Of a stretch of DNA of 49,906 nucleotides, positions 26,394 through 36,272 are shown piece after piece (position 1 is the stretch's first letter; each line of letters begins with the position of its first letter). The stretch comes from an uncultured bacterium (GTDB lineage: Bacteria > Lernaellota > Lernaellaia > Lernaellales > Lernaellaceae), in assembly GCA_964534375.1 (NCBI GenBank), contig CAZHPN010000019.1, positions 1 to 49,906 of the forward strand. The letters are read 5' to 3'. The notes beneath the pieces are model-generated. The model was not told the origin of the DNA and did no database searches. It saw nothing but the letters and a program-made list of their open reading frames with translations. The position numbers were made by a program, and so were the translations under genes.

Positions 26394-27647
26394 TTGAACG
26401 TGACTGTCCGATCGTTGGCCCTGGGCGCGGCGCTCGTCGGCGTGCTGCTTGCGGCCGGCGCGTGCGCTTCCACCGCCGCGGTTCGCCCCGGCTCCCCGTA
26501 CGGGCCGCCGTACAGCTCCACCGACCAACGGCCCTGCCAATGCGACGAAAACGGCCCGCGAGGCGTCGGGCAATTTCAGGACGAGCCGGGCTGGCACGAG
26601 ATCGTGATCGACGGCACGCTCGTCGAATATTATCTGCCGCAGCCGGCGCCGGGCCGGCCGGCGGCGCCGCCCGAGTTGCTCGCGCTCATTCACGGCGCCG
26701 GCTTCTGCCATTTCGACGGCGCGGTCGAAGGCATTCACGATTGGCGCGATTGGGCCGACGCCCATAACTTCCTGCTCGTGGCGCCGGCGTTCGAGCGGCG
26801 CTACGGGCCGCTGTACATCGAAGACAATTATCCGTACGGCCGCCGCGGCTCGGCCGTCGCCAAACGCTACGCCGACAGCCCGTGCGCCTGCGCCATGGAA
26901 GGGCAATGCGAACAGTTCGCGCGCTATCGCGAGCACCACTGGTTTCCGTGGGGCTATCGCGCGCCGCGCGACTATCTGTGGAACTACATCTTTCTCGTCA
27001 CGCCGCACGGTCAACGCACCGACCGTGAGCTGAATCGCGTCATCCGCCAGTTTCGCGCCCATTACAACCTGGGCGAAGAACGGTTCAGCATTTTCGGCTA
27101 TTCCGGCGGCGGCCAGTACATCGCCCGCTACATGATGTTGCATCCGAACAACCTGAAACGCGTGGCGCTGGGCGGCAGCGGCAGCTTTCTCTTCCCGACG
27201 GCGGATCGAAAATACCCCTTTGGGATGGCCGGCGACGTCGGCGAAGAACGCTTCACCGCGGCCGAATGGGACGCCAAGCTCGCCGCGATGCTCGGCCTGC
27301 CGGTGCTGATTTTCGCGGGCGGAGCGGATTTCGTCGGCGCCGGCGAACATCCGGAGTCCGCCTGGCAGGGGACCGGCCAACTGGCGATCGCGCAGAATTT
27401 CGTCCAGGCGCTCGAACGGGCCGACGGCCGGCTGCGCGCGGCCGGAAAACGGCCGCTGGACGCGTCGTTCAATTGCCGCTTGATTCCGTTCCCCGCCAGC
27501 GACCACGGCGGCGCCTACCACGATGCGGTGGTCTGGCTGCAAGAACATTGGCTGCCGGCCAAAACACCGCCGGCCGAGGCGCCGGCAGGGAATCTGCTCG
27601 AGCGCACGCCGGAACCGGCGAACGCCGGCGGGAATCCCGGGAAATAA
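26394..27647 (+). CDS. Exported (lipoprotein-like) alpha/beta hydrolase, esterase/depolymerase-like
   Basis: GAGGA RBS before TTG; AGAC lipobox-like; LIHG, GYSGG nucleophile elbow, candidate Asp (GGAD) and His (DHGG). Confidence 0.78.
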   Translation: MNVTVRSLALGAALVGVLLAAGACASTAAVRPGSPYGPPYSSTDQRPCQCDENGPRGVGQFQDEPGWHEIVIDGTLVEYYLPQPAPGRPAAPPELLALIHGAGFCHFDGAVEGIHDWRDWADAHNFLLVAPAFERRYGPLYIEDNYPYGRRGSAVAKRYADSPCACAMEGQCEQFARYREHHWFPWGYRAPRDYLWNYIFLVTPHGQRTDRELNRVIRQFRAHYNLGEERFSIFGYSGGGQYIARYMMLHPNNLKRVALGGSGSFLFPTADRKYPFGMAGDVGEERFTAAEWDAKLAAMLGLPVLIFAGGADFVGAGEHPESAWQGTGQLAIAQNFVQALERADGRLRAAGKRPLDASFNCRLIPFPASDHGGAYHDAVVWLQEHWLPAKTPPAEAPAGNLLERTPEPANAGGNPGK

Positions 27648-27704
27648 ACGTGATATGTTTCGCGCCCCGGCGGGCCTCTTGAAACGCGGCGGCGGGGCGC
27701 CGGG

Positions 27705-29657
27705 CTACTTTTCCCGCGGATCGCGATACGCGGCGTCGCGGCGCAACAAGAAACGGTTATACGCGAGGAGATCCTGGCCGAATTCGAAGAGGTCGTCGGT
27801 CGAGCCCGACGCCGGCAGCGGGGCGATCGCGTCGTCGTGGAACAAATCGCCCTCGGCGCGGAAGCAAAAGCGCGGACTCTTGCCGGCGGTCTTGGCGGCC
27901 GACAACTGAAACGCCGGCGGGACGTCGGAGTTGTGCGCGACTTCGTAACAGTAATCCGCGCCGCGCCGGATATTCCACTGATAATCGCGCGTCATGAACG
28001 TCGGCCGCGCTTCGCCAGGTTTGACGCGCAGCAGGCTGCGGCCGACGAAGGCGTTCGGCGCGGTCAGGCCCAGCAGATCCATGATGGTCGGCGCGATGTC
28101 GACGTGCGCGCCCTGCACGTGCAGGCGGCCGACCGGCGCCAGGCCGCTGGGCGTATGAATCAGGCACGGCACGCGGTAGAAAACATCCTCTTTCCGCTGC
28201 GCGCTCAGCGGCGGATCGTCCGGATAAAACCGCACCCCGTGGTCGCCGGTGATCACCAGCACGGTGTCTTGAAACCACGGCTTTTCGCGCAAGCCGGCGA
28301 GCAACCGGCCGACCGCGTAATCGGTGTAATAAATGCCGCGGCGGTAGTTGCCGTAATCGCCTAAATATCGCCGGCCGGGCAGTTCGTCGTCGGTCGGGTA
28401 TTTCTGCGTGAACGGATAATGGTTCGACAACGACAGGACCTCGGCGTAGAACGGCTTCGGCGAACGGTCGAGCGTATCGACGGCCATGCGGAACAGGTCT
28501 TCGTCGGCGGGGCCCCAACCGATTTTCGTGTAACCGATTTTCTCGAGATCGGCGATGTCGTGGAACTGCTGGATGCCATGGCGTTCCAGAAATCCGCGGG
28601 CGTGCGCGAATTCACGGCTGTAAGAATTGATCCACATCGTCGTGTAGCCGCGTTCGCCGAGAATGCTCGGCAGGCATGGCAAATGATTTCTTGCGAAATC
28701 GTTGAAGATCGTGCCCGAATTCGCAAATTCGTAAACCGAGCAATTGATCGCGGACTCGGCGCGCACCGTCGTATGGGCGTTCGCGTAGTACGAATCGACC
28801 ACCAGCGATCGTTGGCCGAGTTCGTCGAGCACGGGCGTCAACGATTCGGCCGCGCCGTACAGGCCCGACTCGAAGGCCCGCACCGATTCCAGAATCAACA
28901 CGATGACGTTCATCTGCCGGAAATCCGGCGCCGGCGCCAGGGGGGCTTTGCGCAGCCGCGCGCGTTTGCCGCGGTCGAAGCGGTACAGATCGGCGTCCAG
29001 CGGATAGTAATGTTCGATGGCGCCGTCGACGCGGGCGATGCGGGCCTGGCGCGTCGGCAAATAAAAGCTGATCCGCTCCATCGCGGGCTCGCGCAGCAAG
29101 AAGAGCAGCGGCTGGTTCTGCGCGCGCAAATAGGGATAAACGGCCGTCGCTTCGAACACGAGTTCGGCGGTCAACGCGAGCGCTGCGAAAAAGATCACCG
29201 CCGAACGGCGGCGAAAGCCGTCGGCGGAGCGCAGCGCGAACGGCAGCAGCGCCAGCGGCACGGCCAGGCCGAACACGATGTCGCCGGCGTGCAGCAGATG
29301 CCCGAAGCTGCTGGCCAGGCCGCTGACGTCGCGCCACTGCGAGAAAATCGCCGGCGTCGGCCAGGTTTGATAAAAGCGATAGTAGAATTGGAAACCGATC
29401 TGGCAGGCGGCGAGCAGGGCGCCGCACGCGAACGCGAGCGGCCAGCGAATCCAGGCGACGCGCGGCAGCAGCAGGAAAACGAGGGCCGTTAAGGCCGCGA
29501 ACGTGAACAGGTCAACGAGTTGCAGCGCGTCGAACGGCTCGCCGAGGCCGATCCAACCGTACAGGCCGAGCGCGAGGCCGAAGCCGAACAGACCGAACGC
29601 GAGGCCGGCCCGGCCGGCAAAATCCTCCGTGGTTTTCGGCGTCGGCGCCGCCGCCAT
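27705..29657 (-). CDS. LTA synthase (LtaS/OpgB) family membrane sulfatase-fold phosphotransferase
   Basis: AAGGAG RBS; about 5 N-terminal TMs; NVIVLILES, HTT (Thr nucleophile), SNHYPF, YTD, TGDHG, DIAPT. Confidence 0.88.
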   Translation of the reverse strand: MAAAPTPKTTEDFAGRAGLAFGLFGFGLALGLYGWIGLGEPFDALQLVDLFTFAALTALVFLLLPRVAWIRWPLAFACGALLAACQIGFQFYYRFYQTWPTPAIFSQWRDVSGLASSFGHLLHAGDIVFGLAVPLALLPFALRSADGFRRRSAVIFFAALALTAELVFEATAVYPYLRAQNQPLLFLLREPAMERISFYLPTRQARIARVDGAIEHYYPLDADLYRFDRGKRARLRKAPLAPAPDFRQMNVIVLILESVRAFESGLYGAAESLTPVLDELGQRSLVVDSYYANAHTTVRAESAINCSVYEFANSGTIFNDFARNHLPCLPSILGERGYTTMWINSYSREFAHARGFLERHGIQQFHDIADLEKIGYTKIGWGPADEDLFRMAVDTLDRSPKPFYAEVLSLSNHYPFTQKYPTDDELPGRRYLGDYGNYRRGIYYTDYAVGRLLAGLREKPWFQDTVLVITGDHGVRFYPDDPPLSAQRKEDVFYRVPCLIHTPSGLAPVGRLHVQGAHVDIAPTIMDLLGLTAPNAFVGRSLLRVKPGEARPTFMTRDYQWNIRRGADYCYEVAHNSDVPPAFQLSAAKTAGKSPRFCFRAEGDLFHDDAIAPLPASGSTDDLFEFGQDLLAYNRFLLRRDAAYRDPREK

Positions 29658-29702
29658 GCACGCTCCTTCTGCGTGGGTCGGATCGCGGCCAAGAATCTCG
29701 AA

Positions 29703-30992
29703 TTACCGGCCGTCGAGCAAGCCGTCCTTTTCGAGATCGCGGACGATCGCCCGCGCCGCGAGCGCGTGGCCCGCCTCGTTCAGGTAGTAGTCGTCTTCCA
29801 GGGTCGTCGGATACTCGCCGCCGTCGCGGAAATCCGGCAGCAGCGAATGGATCGGAAACGCGACGGTCGCCGCCTGCCGCGCGAAGTAATCGAAGACTTC
29901 CCACAGGTGCTCGTCGCTTTCCGGAACCAGCATTTTCCGCGGATCTTTCGGCGATTCGCGGCGATTGTATTGCTGATAACACGGGAGGATAAACAGCGCG
30001 TACTTCGCGCCGAGGCTCGCCGCGACGGCCTGCGCGTCGCGGATCGCTTCCCAGGTCGCCGCGAAAAACGGCTCCGCTTGGCTCAGGGGCATCCACATGA
30101 AGAAGTACTCATTGCCGATATCGGAGTTGCGCGGCGTCGTCGTCGGCACGGCGCGGCCGCTCGGGATTTCCCCGGCCGCGATCTTCCAGGCGAAATTGTC
30201 GCGCAGAAAACCGAGGAAGTCGTCGACGCCCAGTGCGCGGCTCAACAGCGCCTCCGCGGCCCCCGGCAGCGATAGCCGTTCGGGATGCAACAGGCCGGCA
30301 TCCTGCAGTTTTTTCACGGCGACGACGTCATGGTAAAAATCCGGCATTTCGAATATTTGCACGACCAGCCGCGGATGATAGTTGGCGCCGATCTGCCGCA
30401 ACTGCCGCAATTCCAGCGCGGGGCTGGCCGCTTCCCAGGCGAAGTTCGCCACGCGCCAGGCGCGACGCGGCTCGCGTTCGCCCAGCAATTTTTCGACGAC
30501 GAACGGAAACGCGCTGCGATCGTCCCGCAGCCACACGCCCTGCGTGTAACCGTCGCCCAGAAATATGACATTGTCGCCGCCGGCGCGATACTGCCGCGCC
30601 GGGGCGTCTGGCGCGACGCCGTCGGCGTTGCGGTGACCGGCCAGCGCCGCCGGCCGGTGGTCGATCGGCAGATTGTAAAACGAGGCCGTAAGCCGCGGCA
30701 TGAGGATCGGCCGCGCGAAGTGCAACGCCAGCGCGGCCGCCGCTGCACCGGCCGCGAGCGCCAGGGCGAACCGCGGCCGTCCGAGCAGGAGACCGGCGCC
30801 GCGCAGGGCGACGAGCGGCAGCCAGACGACGAGCACCTGGCAGAGGCGCAGCAGAATTTCCTGGCGATTCGAATACAAGACGAGCGACAGCGCCAACGCA
30901 ACGAGAAACGGCGCGAAGAGCAGCAGCGTCAGCCCGGCCGGCGATCGCCGCCACGTTCGTTCCGTCGTCACTTCGCCGTTTTCCGCCGCCAT
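29703..30992 (-). CDS. Membrane-anchored SGNH-fold protein with substituted catalytic residues (GDG, DDYY)
   Basis: Colinear paralog of 31021-32337 (shared YNL..DHR, AFPF, YHP.LVVQ.F, FFMW.PL.QAEPFF, YQQYNRRESPKD); block I FLGDGYTQG, block V EDDYYLNEAGH. Confidence 0.85.
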   Translation of the reverse strand: MAAENGEVTTERTWRRSPAGLTLLLFAPFLVALALSLVLYSNRQEILLRLCQVLVVWLPLVALRGAGLLLGRPRFALALAAGAAAAALALHFARPILMPRLTASFYNLPIDHRPAALAGHRNADGVAPDAPARQYRAGGDNVIFLGDGYTQGVWLRDDRSAFPFVVEKLLGEREPRRAWRVANFAWEAASPALELRQLRQIGANYHPRLVVQIFEMPDFYHDVVAVKKLQDAGLLHPERLSLPGAAEALLSRALGVDDFLGFLRDNFAWKIAAGEIPSGRAVPTTTPRNSDIGNEYFFMWMPLSQAEPFFAATWEAIRDAQAVAASLGAKYALFILPCYQQYNRRESPKDPRKMLVPESDEHLWEVFDYFARQAATVAFPIHSLLPDFRDGGEYPTTLEDDYYLNEAGHALAARAIVRDLEKDGLLDGR

Positions 30993-31020
30993 CGATCCGC
31001 CTCGCGCCGCGGCCCGACCG

Positions 31021-32337
31021 TCACTTGAGCGGGTCGAGCAAGCCGTCGGCCGTCAAATCACGGAGCATCGCCCGCGCCGCGATTTTGTGGCCGGTTTCGT
31101 TGATATGAAAGTCATCCTCGAACGTCGTTGGGAATTCGCCGCAAGTCTGGTAGTCGCGCAGTAAGTGATGCACGGGAAATTTCGCTCCGACGGCCTGCCG
31201 CTCGAAATAACGAAAGACGCCGAACAGGTAGTCGTCGTTCGGCGGAATCTGCCCCTTTTTCTTGTCTTTCGGGCTCTCCCGGCGATTGTATTGCTGATAC
31301 CGCGGCAAAACGAAAAAGGCGAACTTCGCGCCCTGGCTCTTGGCGGTTTCGTAGGTCTCGTTAATCGCCTGCCACGAGTATTTGAAAAACGGCTCGGCCT
31401 GTTCGAGAGGGATCCACATGAAGAAAAACTGGCCTTCGAACCCCGAAAGATGGTGCGCCGGTTTGGGCGTCACGATCTCGCCCGACAGGTCGAGAGCGGT
31501 TTGCAGCGCCGGGAGCGCCATTTTTTCCTTGAGGTATTGCACAAAGTCGTTGGTCCCCAAGAATAGGCTGAACCGGACCAGCATCGCCCGGGAAATCGAC
31601 AGCTCGGTCGGATGTTCCAGATCCGCGCGGCGCAGCCGGTTCGTGTAGTCGACGTCGTCCTGGAAATCGGTCATGTCGAAGACCTGGACGACCAGCTTCG
31701 GGTGGTACTTCCAGCCGATCTGCTTCAATTGCCGGTTTTCCAGCACGGGACTGGACGAACTCCAGCCGAAATCGGCGACGCGAATGTGTTTGTCCGGATG
31801 CTGGGCGCGCAACTGCTGCTCGATCAGGAAGGGAAACGCCTGCTTTTCCGGGTGGTCGAGGCCCAGACCCTCGGTCATGGAATCGCCGAGAAATATGATG
31901 TTGAAATCCTCAGGCCGGTAGGCGCTGGGCGGCACGTCGGGCTTGATCCCGTCTTCGTTGAGAAATCCGGGCAGCGGCTTGTTGCGATGATCGACGTCGA
32001 GGTTGTAGAGCGGCAAGACCAATTTGTGCAGCACCACCGGCCCGACCAGGTGCAACGCCAGCGCCGATAGCGCGGCCGAGCCGAGAAAAACCAATGTCTG
32101 CTTCCAGTGTTTGCGCAACACCGGCAGTTTCCAAAGAACATACACCGGCGCCCAGACCACGGCGATCTGAAAAAATTGCCGGGCGACTTCCTTGCGATTC
32201 TTGAAAACGATCAGCGAAATCACGAGAGCCGCTACGAACGGCCCGCCCGCGCGCAAAGCCAGCGCCAAGCGCGGATTTCGCAGGCGTCGGAGTCCAAACG
32301 GGCGGGATCTTTCGCTGTTCACGATTCCTCGCGGCAA
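31021..32337 (-). CDS. Membrane-anchored SGNH/GDSL hydrolase or O-acyltransferase
   Basis: Three N-terminal TMs; FLGDSMTEG and EDDFHINETGH intact; start uncertain. Confidence 0.85.
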   Translation of the reverse strand: MPRGIVNSERSRPFGLRRLRNPRLALALRAGGPFVAALVISLIVFKNRKEVARQFFQIAVVWAPVYVLWKLPVLRKHWKQTLVFLGSAALSALALHLVGPVVLHKLVLPLYNLDVDHRNKPLPGFLNEDGIKPDVPPSAYRPEDFNIIFLGDSMTEGLGLDHPEKQAFPFLIEQQLRAQHPDKHIRVADFGWSSSSPVLENRQLKQIGWKYHPKLVVQVFDMTDFQDDVDYTNRLRRADLEHPTELSISRAMLVRFSLFLGTNDFVQYLKEKMALPALQTALDLSGEIVTPKPAHHLSGFEGQFFFMWIPLEQAEPFFKYSWQAINETYETAKSQGAKFAFFVLPRYQQYNRRESPKDKKKGQIPPNDDYLFGVFRYFERQAVGAKFPVHHLLRDYQTCGEFPTTFEDDFHINETGHKIAARAMLRDLTADGLLDPLK

Positions 32338-32359
32338 GCCGCTTCGGCGCCGGGTTTCG

Positions 32360-33910
32360 TCATCCGGGTTCGTCCGTCGCCGTCGTCATTTTCGACGGGC
32401 ATTCCCACACACCCATTTGCGGATGCGCCGGCGGGTATTCCGGCCCCTCCGCCCAATTGACGCGCAGCAAGCTGCGGTCGTGGTAGATCGTCGCCGTGCA
32501 GCCTTCGACGAAGCGGCCGTACGTGTCAAGCGCGTGGTTGTCGAAATCCACCTGGTTGAGCACGACGGCGTACGAACTGACGGGCGGCTCGCGCATCGTG
32601 TAGTAGTCGTCGTAAACCCGGTTCGGACCGAGGACGTAGATCACCTGCCATTTGTTGCCAGAACTGATCAACACGCGTCGATAACGATCGGCGACCGAGC
32701 GCAGCGTCGCCATCGCCAGCTTCTCCGGATCGGGTTGCGGCAGATGGCGATAGTAGCGAAATTGCCGCGCGAAACTCTGCACGATATCCCGTTGGGCGTG
32801 CAGTCCCGGCAGCAGCCCGACCAGCACCACCAGCGGCGCCGCCGCCCACGCCCGCCAGCGGGTCAGCAGGGCCAGGCCGCGCGCCGCGACGAGCGCGCCG
32901 AGGGGCAGCATGTGCATGATGTAACGCCGGTTGAAGCCCGACCCCGGCGCAAAAATTTTCTCCGGCACGATTGCGACCAGGGCCAGCGAAACCAACGCGA
33001 CGGCGGCCGGAAAATAGGATCGCTCCGCGAGCGACAAGGGAATCGCGCCGAGCAAGAACAAATACGGGAAATAGACCCAGCAGTCGCGCAGGCCGATTTG
33101 CCAGTGCCAGGCGACGGCGGCGAGGCTATACGGCAGATCCGCCGTCATCGAGCGGCCGATGCTGAAAAACACGACCCACGGACCGATCAGCACGAGGCAG
33201 CCGAGCAGGATTTTCGGCCACGGCGGCGAGAGAATCGCCGGCCGGCCGCGATGCTTCGCCCAGACCCACGGGACGACATCGACAAGCGCCAAGCTGGCGA
33301 ACAGAATGCCGCAAATGAACTGCGATGAGTGGAAAAGCAGCAGTGCGGCGACGCTGAGCGTCGCCCAATGCGCCCGACCGCGTTTGATCAATTGATGCAA
33401 CCAAAGGGTTCCGGCCGTGAACAACAACACCAACGCGTAGTAGCGTGTCTGGCGGCAATACTGCAAGAACGCCGGATTGACGGTCAGCAGCAGCCCCGCC
33501 AGCAAGCCGACGGCGCGCCCGTACAGCAGCCGCCCCGCGAAAATCAGCGCCACCATCGCCAGGCCGCCGGCGATCGTGAACGGCAGGCGCGCGGCGAGTT
33601 GGCTTTCGCCGAATAGCCGAAAACTGGCCGCGCAAATGTAGAATGACAGCCAGCCGTGCGCCGCCTCCACGCCGAGCGCGTTCTTTGAATAGAAAAAATC
33701 TTCGATCGAATGCTTGCCATACATGGCCAGCGGCAGGCCGGTGTGAAGAACGTTTTGCGCCAGCAGCGTATGACCGGCCTCATCGTTCCAGTAGGCGATC
33801 TCGCCGAGGCCTGGCAGCACGAGGTAGAAAAACAGGCCGACGAGCGCCGCGACGCCGGAATAGAACAAAGCGTCGGGCAGAACGGCCGATTGGCGGTCAG
33901 AATCCTCCAT
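32360..33910 (-). CDS. GT-C glycosyltransferase (ArnT / PMT_2 family)
   Basis: WNDE in first loop, FGESQLAARLP, RQTRYYAL, RRY; multiple TMs; start may be 33967. Confidence 0.85.
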   Translation of the reverse strand: MEDSDRQSAVLPDALFYSGVAALVGLFFYLVLPGLGEIAYWNDEAGHTLLAQNVLHTGLPLAMYGKHSIEDFFYSKNALGVEAAHGWLSFYICAASFRLFGESQLAARLPFTIAGGLAMVALIFAGRLLYGRAVGLLAGLLLTVNPAFLQYCRQTRYYALVLLFTAGTLWLHQLIKRGRAHWATLSVAALLLFHSSQFICGILFASLALVDVVPWVWAKHRGRPAILSPPWPKILLGCLVLIGPWVVFFSIGRSMTADLPYSLAAVAWHWQIGLRDCWVYFPYLFLLGAIPLSLAERSYFPAAVALVSLALVAIVPEKIFAPGSGFNRRYIMHMLPLGALVAARGLALLTRWRAWAAAPLVVLVGLLPGLHAQRDIVQSFARQFRYYRHLPQPDPEKLAMATLRSVADRYRRVLISSGNKWQVIYVLGPNRVYDDYYTMREPPVSSYAVVLNQVDFDNHALDTYGRFVEGCTATIYHDRSLLRVNWAEGPEYPPAHPQMGVWECPSKMTTATDEPG

Positions 33911-34217
33911 TGAGACTATTTCGCACAGTCGCTTCGGCGACGCAACGTCGGCGGCAGGGCATTCCATGCAGTTGCCGCCGGCACGCGCACCCCGTTGCCA
34001 TTGCTGAATTCAGCGGCCGAGCGGAAAATGCGCCCGCGCTTTTCGGCCCCGATTTCCTCTTGCGGGCGAATCGAGATTTCGTGCGCCGACGCATTCCCAG
34101 AGCTCCGCGAACGATCGACCCTGGACGCGCGCCCCGTTCTGGGTATTTTATAGGAAGTTGGATTTCGCCGCCGGTCGGCGTCTATCGCGTCGCGCCGGCG
34201 AAAATTGGGGCGTGTTG

Positions 34218-36257
34218 GTGAAACCGGAAATCGCCGCCGCGTTGTTCGCACCGCTGGCGGAACAACTCAAAGAGTGCGGCATCTCCGCCGACCGCTGGCT
34301 GGAGCCGGACCCGCACGGCAAACCGATCGCGCTGACCGACCGCCAGTGGATCGACGAAAACGTGTTTCGCGAAATCATCGCCGTGCTGATCGAAACCGGC
34401 AACGAAGAGCGGCTGGCGACGGCCGGCGCGCGGATGCTGGCGGACGAATCGGCCGGCCTGGGCGGCCTCTTGCTGCCGTTCGTCGAAACGCCCCTGGATT
34501 TGTTGGCGGCGCTGGTCGAACACGTCAATTTCAACGCGCGCACGTTGCGGCTCGCCGTGCAGCAGGGCGCGAAGAAACACACCGCCGTGCTGACGTTGAC
34601 CTCGGCGCTGAAGCGGCCGGCGCCGCCGGTGTTGTGCCGGTGGCTCGACGGCCTGCTGGCCGCGGCGCAACAAGCGGCGGGCGGGTTCGAGGTCGTGCAG
34701 CAGGAGTGCATGTTCGGCCTGGTCGAAAAGCGAGGCGCGCCGGCGGCCGGCGCGAAGGGCGAGGGCGAGAACCGCGCGTGCGTGTACGCGGTGCGGTGGA
34801 ACGCGGGGAGTTTGACGAAATGGTTTTCGTCGCCGCGCCGGCTGCGCGCCGCGCGCGAAAATCTGGCCAAGGTGCGCAAAGTGCTGGCGCAGCAAAAGCA
34901 CAGTCTGAATGAGGCGCAGGGCGCGATTCGGCAACAGGAAGCGTTGGTCCAGGGCATCGTTTCGGTGTCCGAGGCGGCGAAGACCGCGCGCACCTATCGC
35001 GATTTGATTCACATGACCGCGAACCGGATTTGCGCGGATTTCGGCTTCGACCGCAGCCAGATTTACCTGGCGCGCGAGGGGCAGTTGGAAATCGTTTCCG
35101 TGATCGATCCGAGCGACACCAACTGGGCGCAGACCGTCTTTGCGGTCTGCCAGGCGAACCCGATCGCGCTCGACGATCGCACGGAAGAGGCGCGCTCGTT
35201 CGCGTCCGGCAAGCCGGCGATCGTCAACAATCCGTGGAACAACATCGCCGTGCCGCCGGCGCAGCAGGAAGCGTGGAAGTCGCGGGGCTACGTGATCGTG
35301 CCGATCCGCGGCGCGGACCGCTTCATCGGGCTGATGCTGGCCGACCATTACTACAAACGCCGGGCGATCGAAACCGACGACGTCGACAAGCTGCAGGCGC
35401 TGGCGAACATCAGCGGCATGGGCATCGAGAAATTGCGGTTGATCGACAAACTCGAGGCGAAGGTGTCGGACCGCACGGCCGAATTGGAACGGGCCAACAA
35501 AAAATTGCTGGCGCTCTACGAACGGGCGCGCGAATCCGATCGCACCAAGAGCGCCTTTCTGGCGAACATGAGCCACGAACTGCGCACCCCGCTCAACGCG
35601 ATCCTCGGTTTTTCGAAGTTGCTGCTGCGCGGCTTCGACGGCCCGGTCAACGAGCGGCAGCAGACGGACATCAACGCCATTCTCAATTCCGGCACGCATT
35701 TGCTGGGCCTGATCAACGATATCCTCGATCTGTCGAAGATCGAATCGGGCCGCATGGATTTGAAGATGGAGAACTTCGCGCTGCACGAGGTCGTCGCCGA
35801 GGTGAAAACGTCGGGCCAGGTGCTGCTCAAGGACAAGCCGATCGCCATGCAGACGCAACTCGACCCGGACCTGAAAACCGTCTACGGCGACCGGACGCGC
35901 GTGCGGCAGGTGCTGCTCAACCTGGTGAGCAACGCGATCAAATTTACGGCGAAGGGGCAGATCACGATCACCACGAAGGCCGGCCGCGACGAATACTACA
36001 TCGCCGTCGCCGACACCGGCGTCGGGATCGCGGCGGACAAGATCGACATGGCGTTCGAACGCTTCCGGCAAATCGACTCGGGCCCGAGCCGCATGCAGGG
36101 CGGCAGCGGACTTGGATTGACGATCAGCAAGAAGTTTGTTGAGATGCACGGGGGACGGATTTGGGTGGCCAGCGCGGAAGGCGTCGGCTCCACCTTCCAT
36201 ATCGCCATGCCGTACCGGAAGACAACCGACAAGGCGGGTCCATCCGACGGAGCCTAG
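34218..36257 (+). CDS. Cytoplasmic sensor histidine kinase: V4R/H-NOX-like N-domain, coiled coil, GAF, HisKA, HATPase
   Basis: FLANMSHELRTPL, NLVSNAIKFT, DTGVGI, GSGLGL; GAF (IVPIRG...GLMLAD); N-terminal LCRWLDGLL...EC...CVYAVRW; start may be 34158. Confidence 0.9.
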   Translation: MKPEIAAALFAPLAEQLKECGISADRWLEPDPHGKPIALTDRQWIDENVFREIIAVLIETGNEERLATAGARMLADESAGLGGLLLPFVETPLDLLAALVEHVNFNARTLRLAVQQGAKKHTAVLTLTSALKRPAPPVLCRWLDGLLAAAQQAAGGFEVVQQECMFGLVEKRGAPAAGAKGEGENRACVYAVRWNAGSLTKWFSSPRRLRAARENLAKVRKVLAQQKHSLNEAQGAIRQQEALVQGIVSVSEAAKTARTYRDLIHMTANRICADFGFDRSQIYLAREGQLEIVSVIDPSDTNWAQTVFAVCQANPIALDDRTEEARSFASGKPAIVNNPWNNIAVPPAQQEAWKSRGYVIVPIRGADRFIGLMLADHYYKRRAIETDDVDKLQALANISGMGIEKLRLIDKLEAKVSDRTAELERANKKLLALYERARESDRTKSAFLANMSHELRTPLNAILGFSKLLLRGFDGPVNERQQTDINAILNSGTHLLGLINDILDLSKIESGRMDLKMENFALHEVVAEVKTSGQVLLKDKPIAMQTQLDPDLKTVYGDRTRVRQVLLNLVSNAIKFTAKGQITITTKAGRDEYYIAVADTGVGIAADKIDMAFERFRQIDSGPSRMQGGSGLGLTISKKFVEMHGGRIWVASAEGVGSTFHIAMPYRKTTDKAGPSDGA

Positions 36258-36272
36258 CGGAAGCGACGGGCA

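Noticed and set aside
27662..27700. GC hairpin between convergent genes as a terminator
   Set aside because: 8-bp stem with a long loop and no clear U-tract; not enough support.
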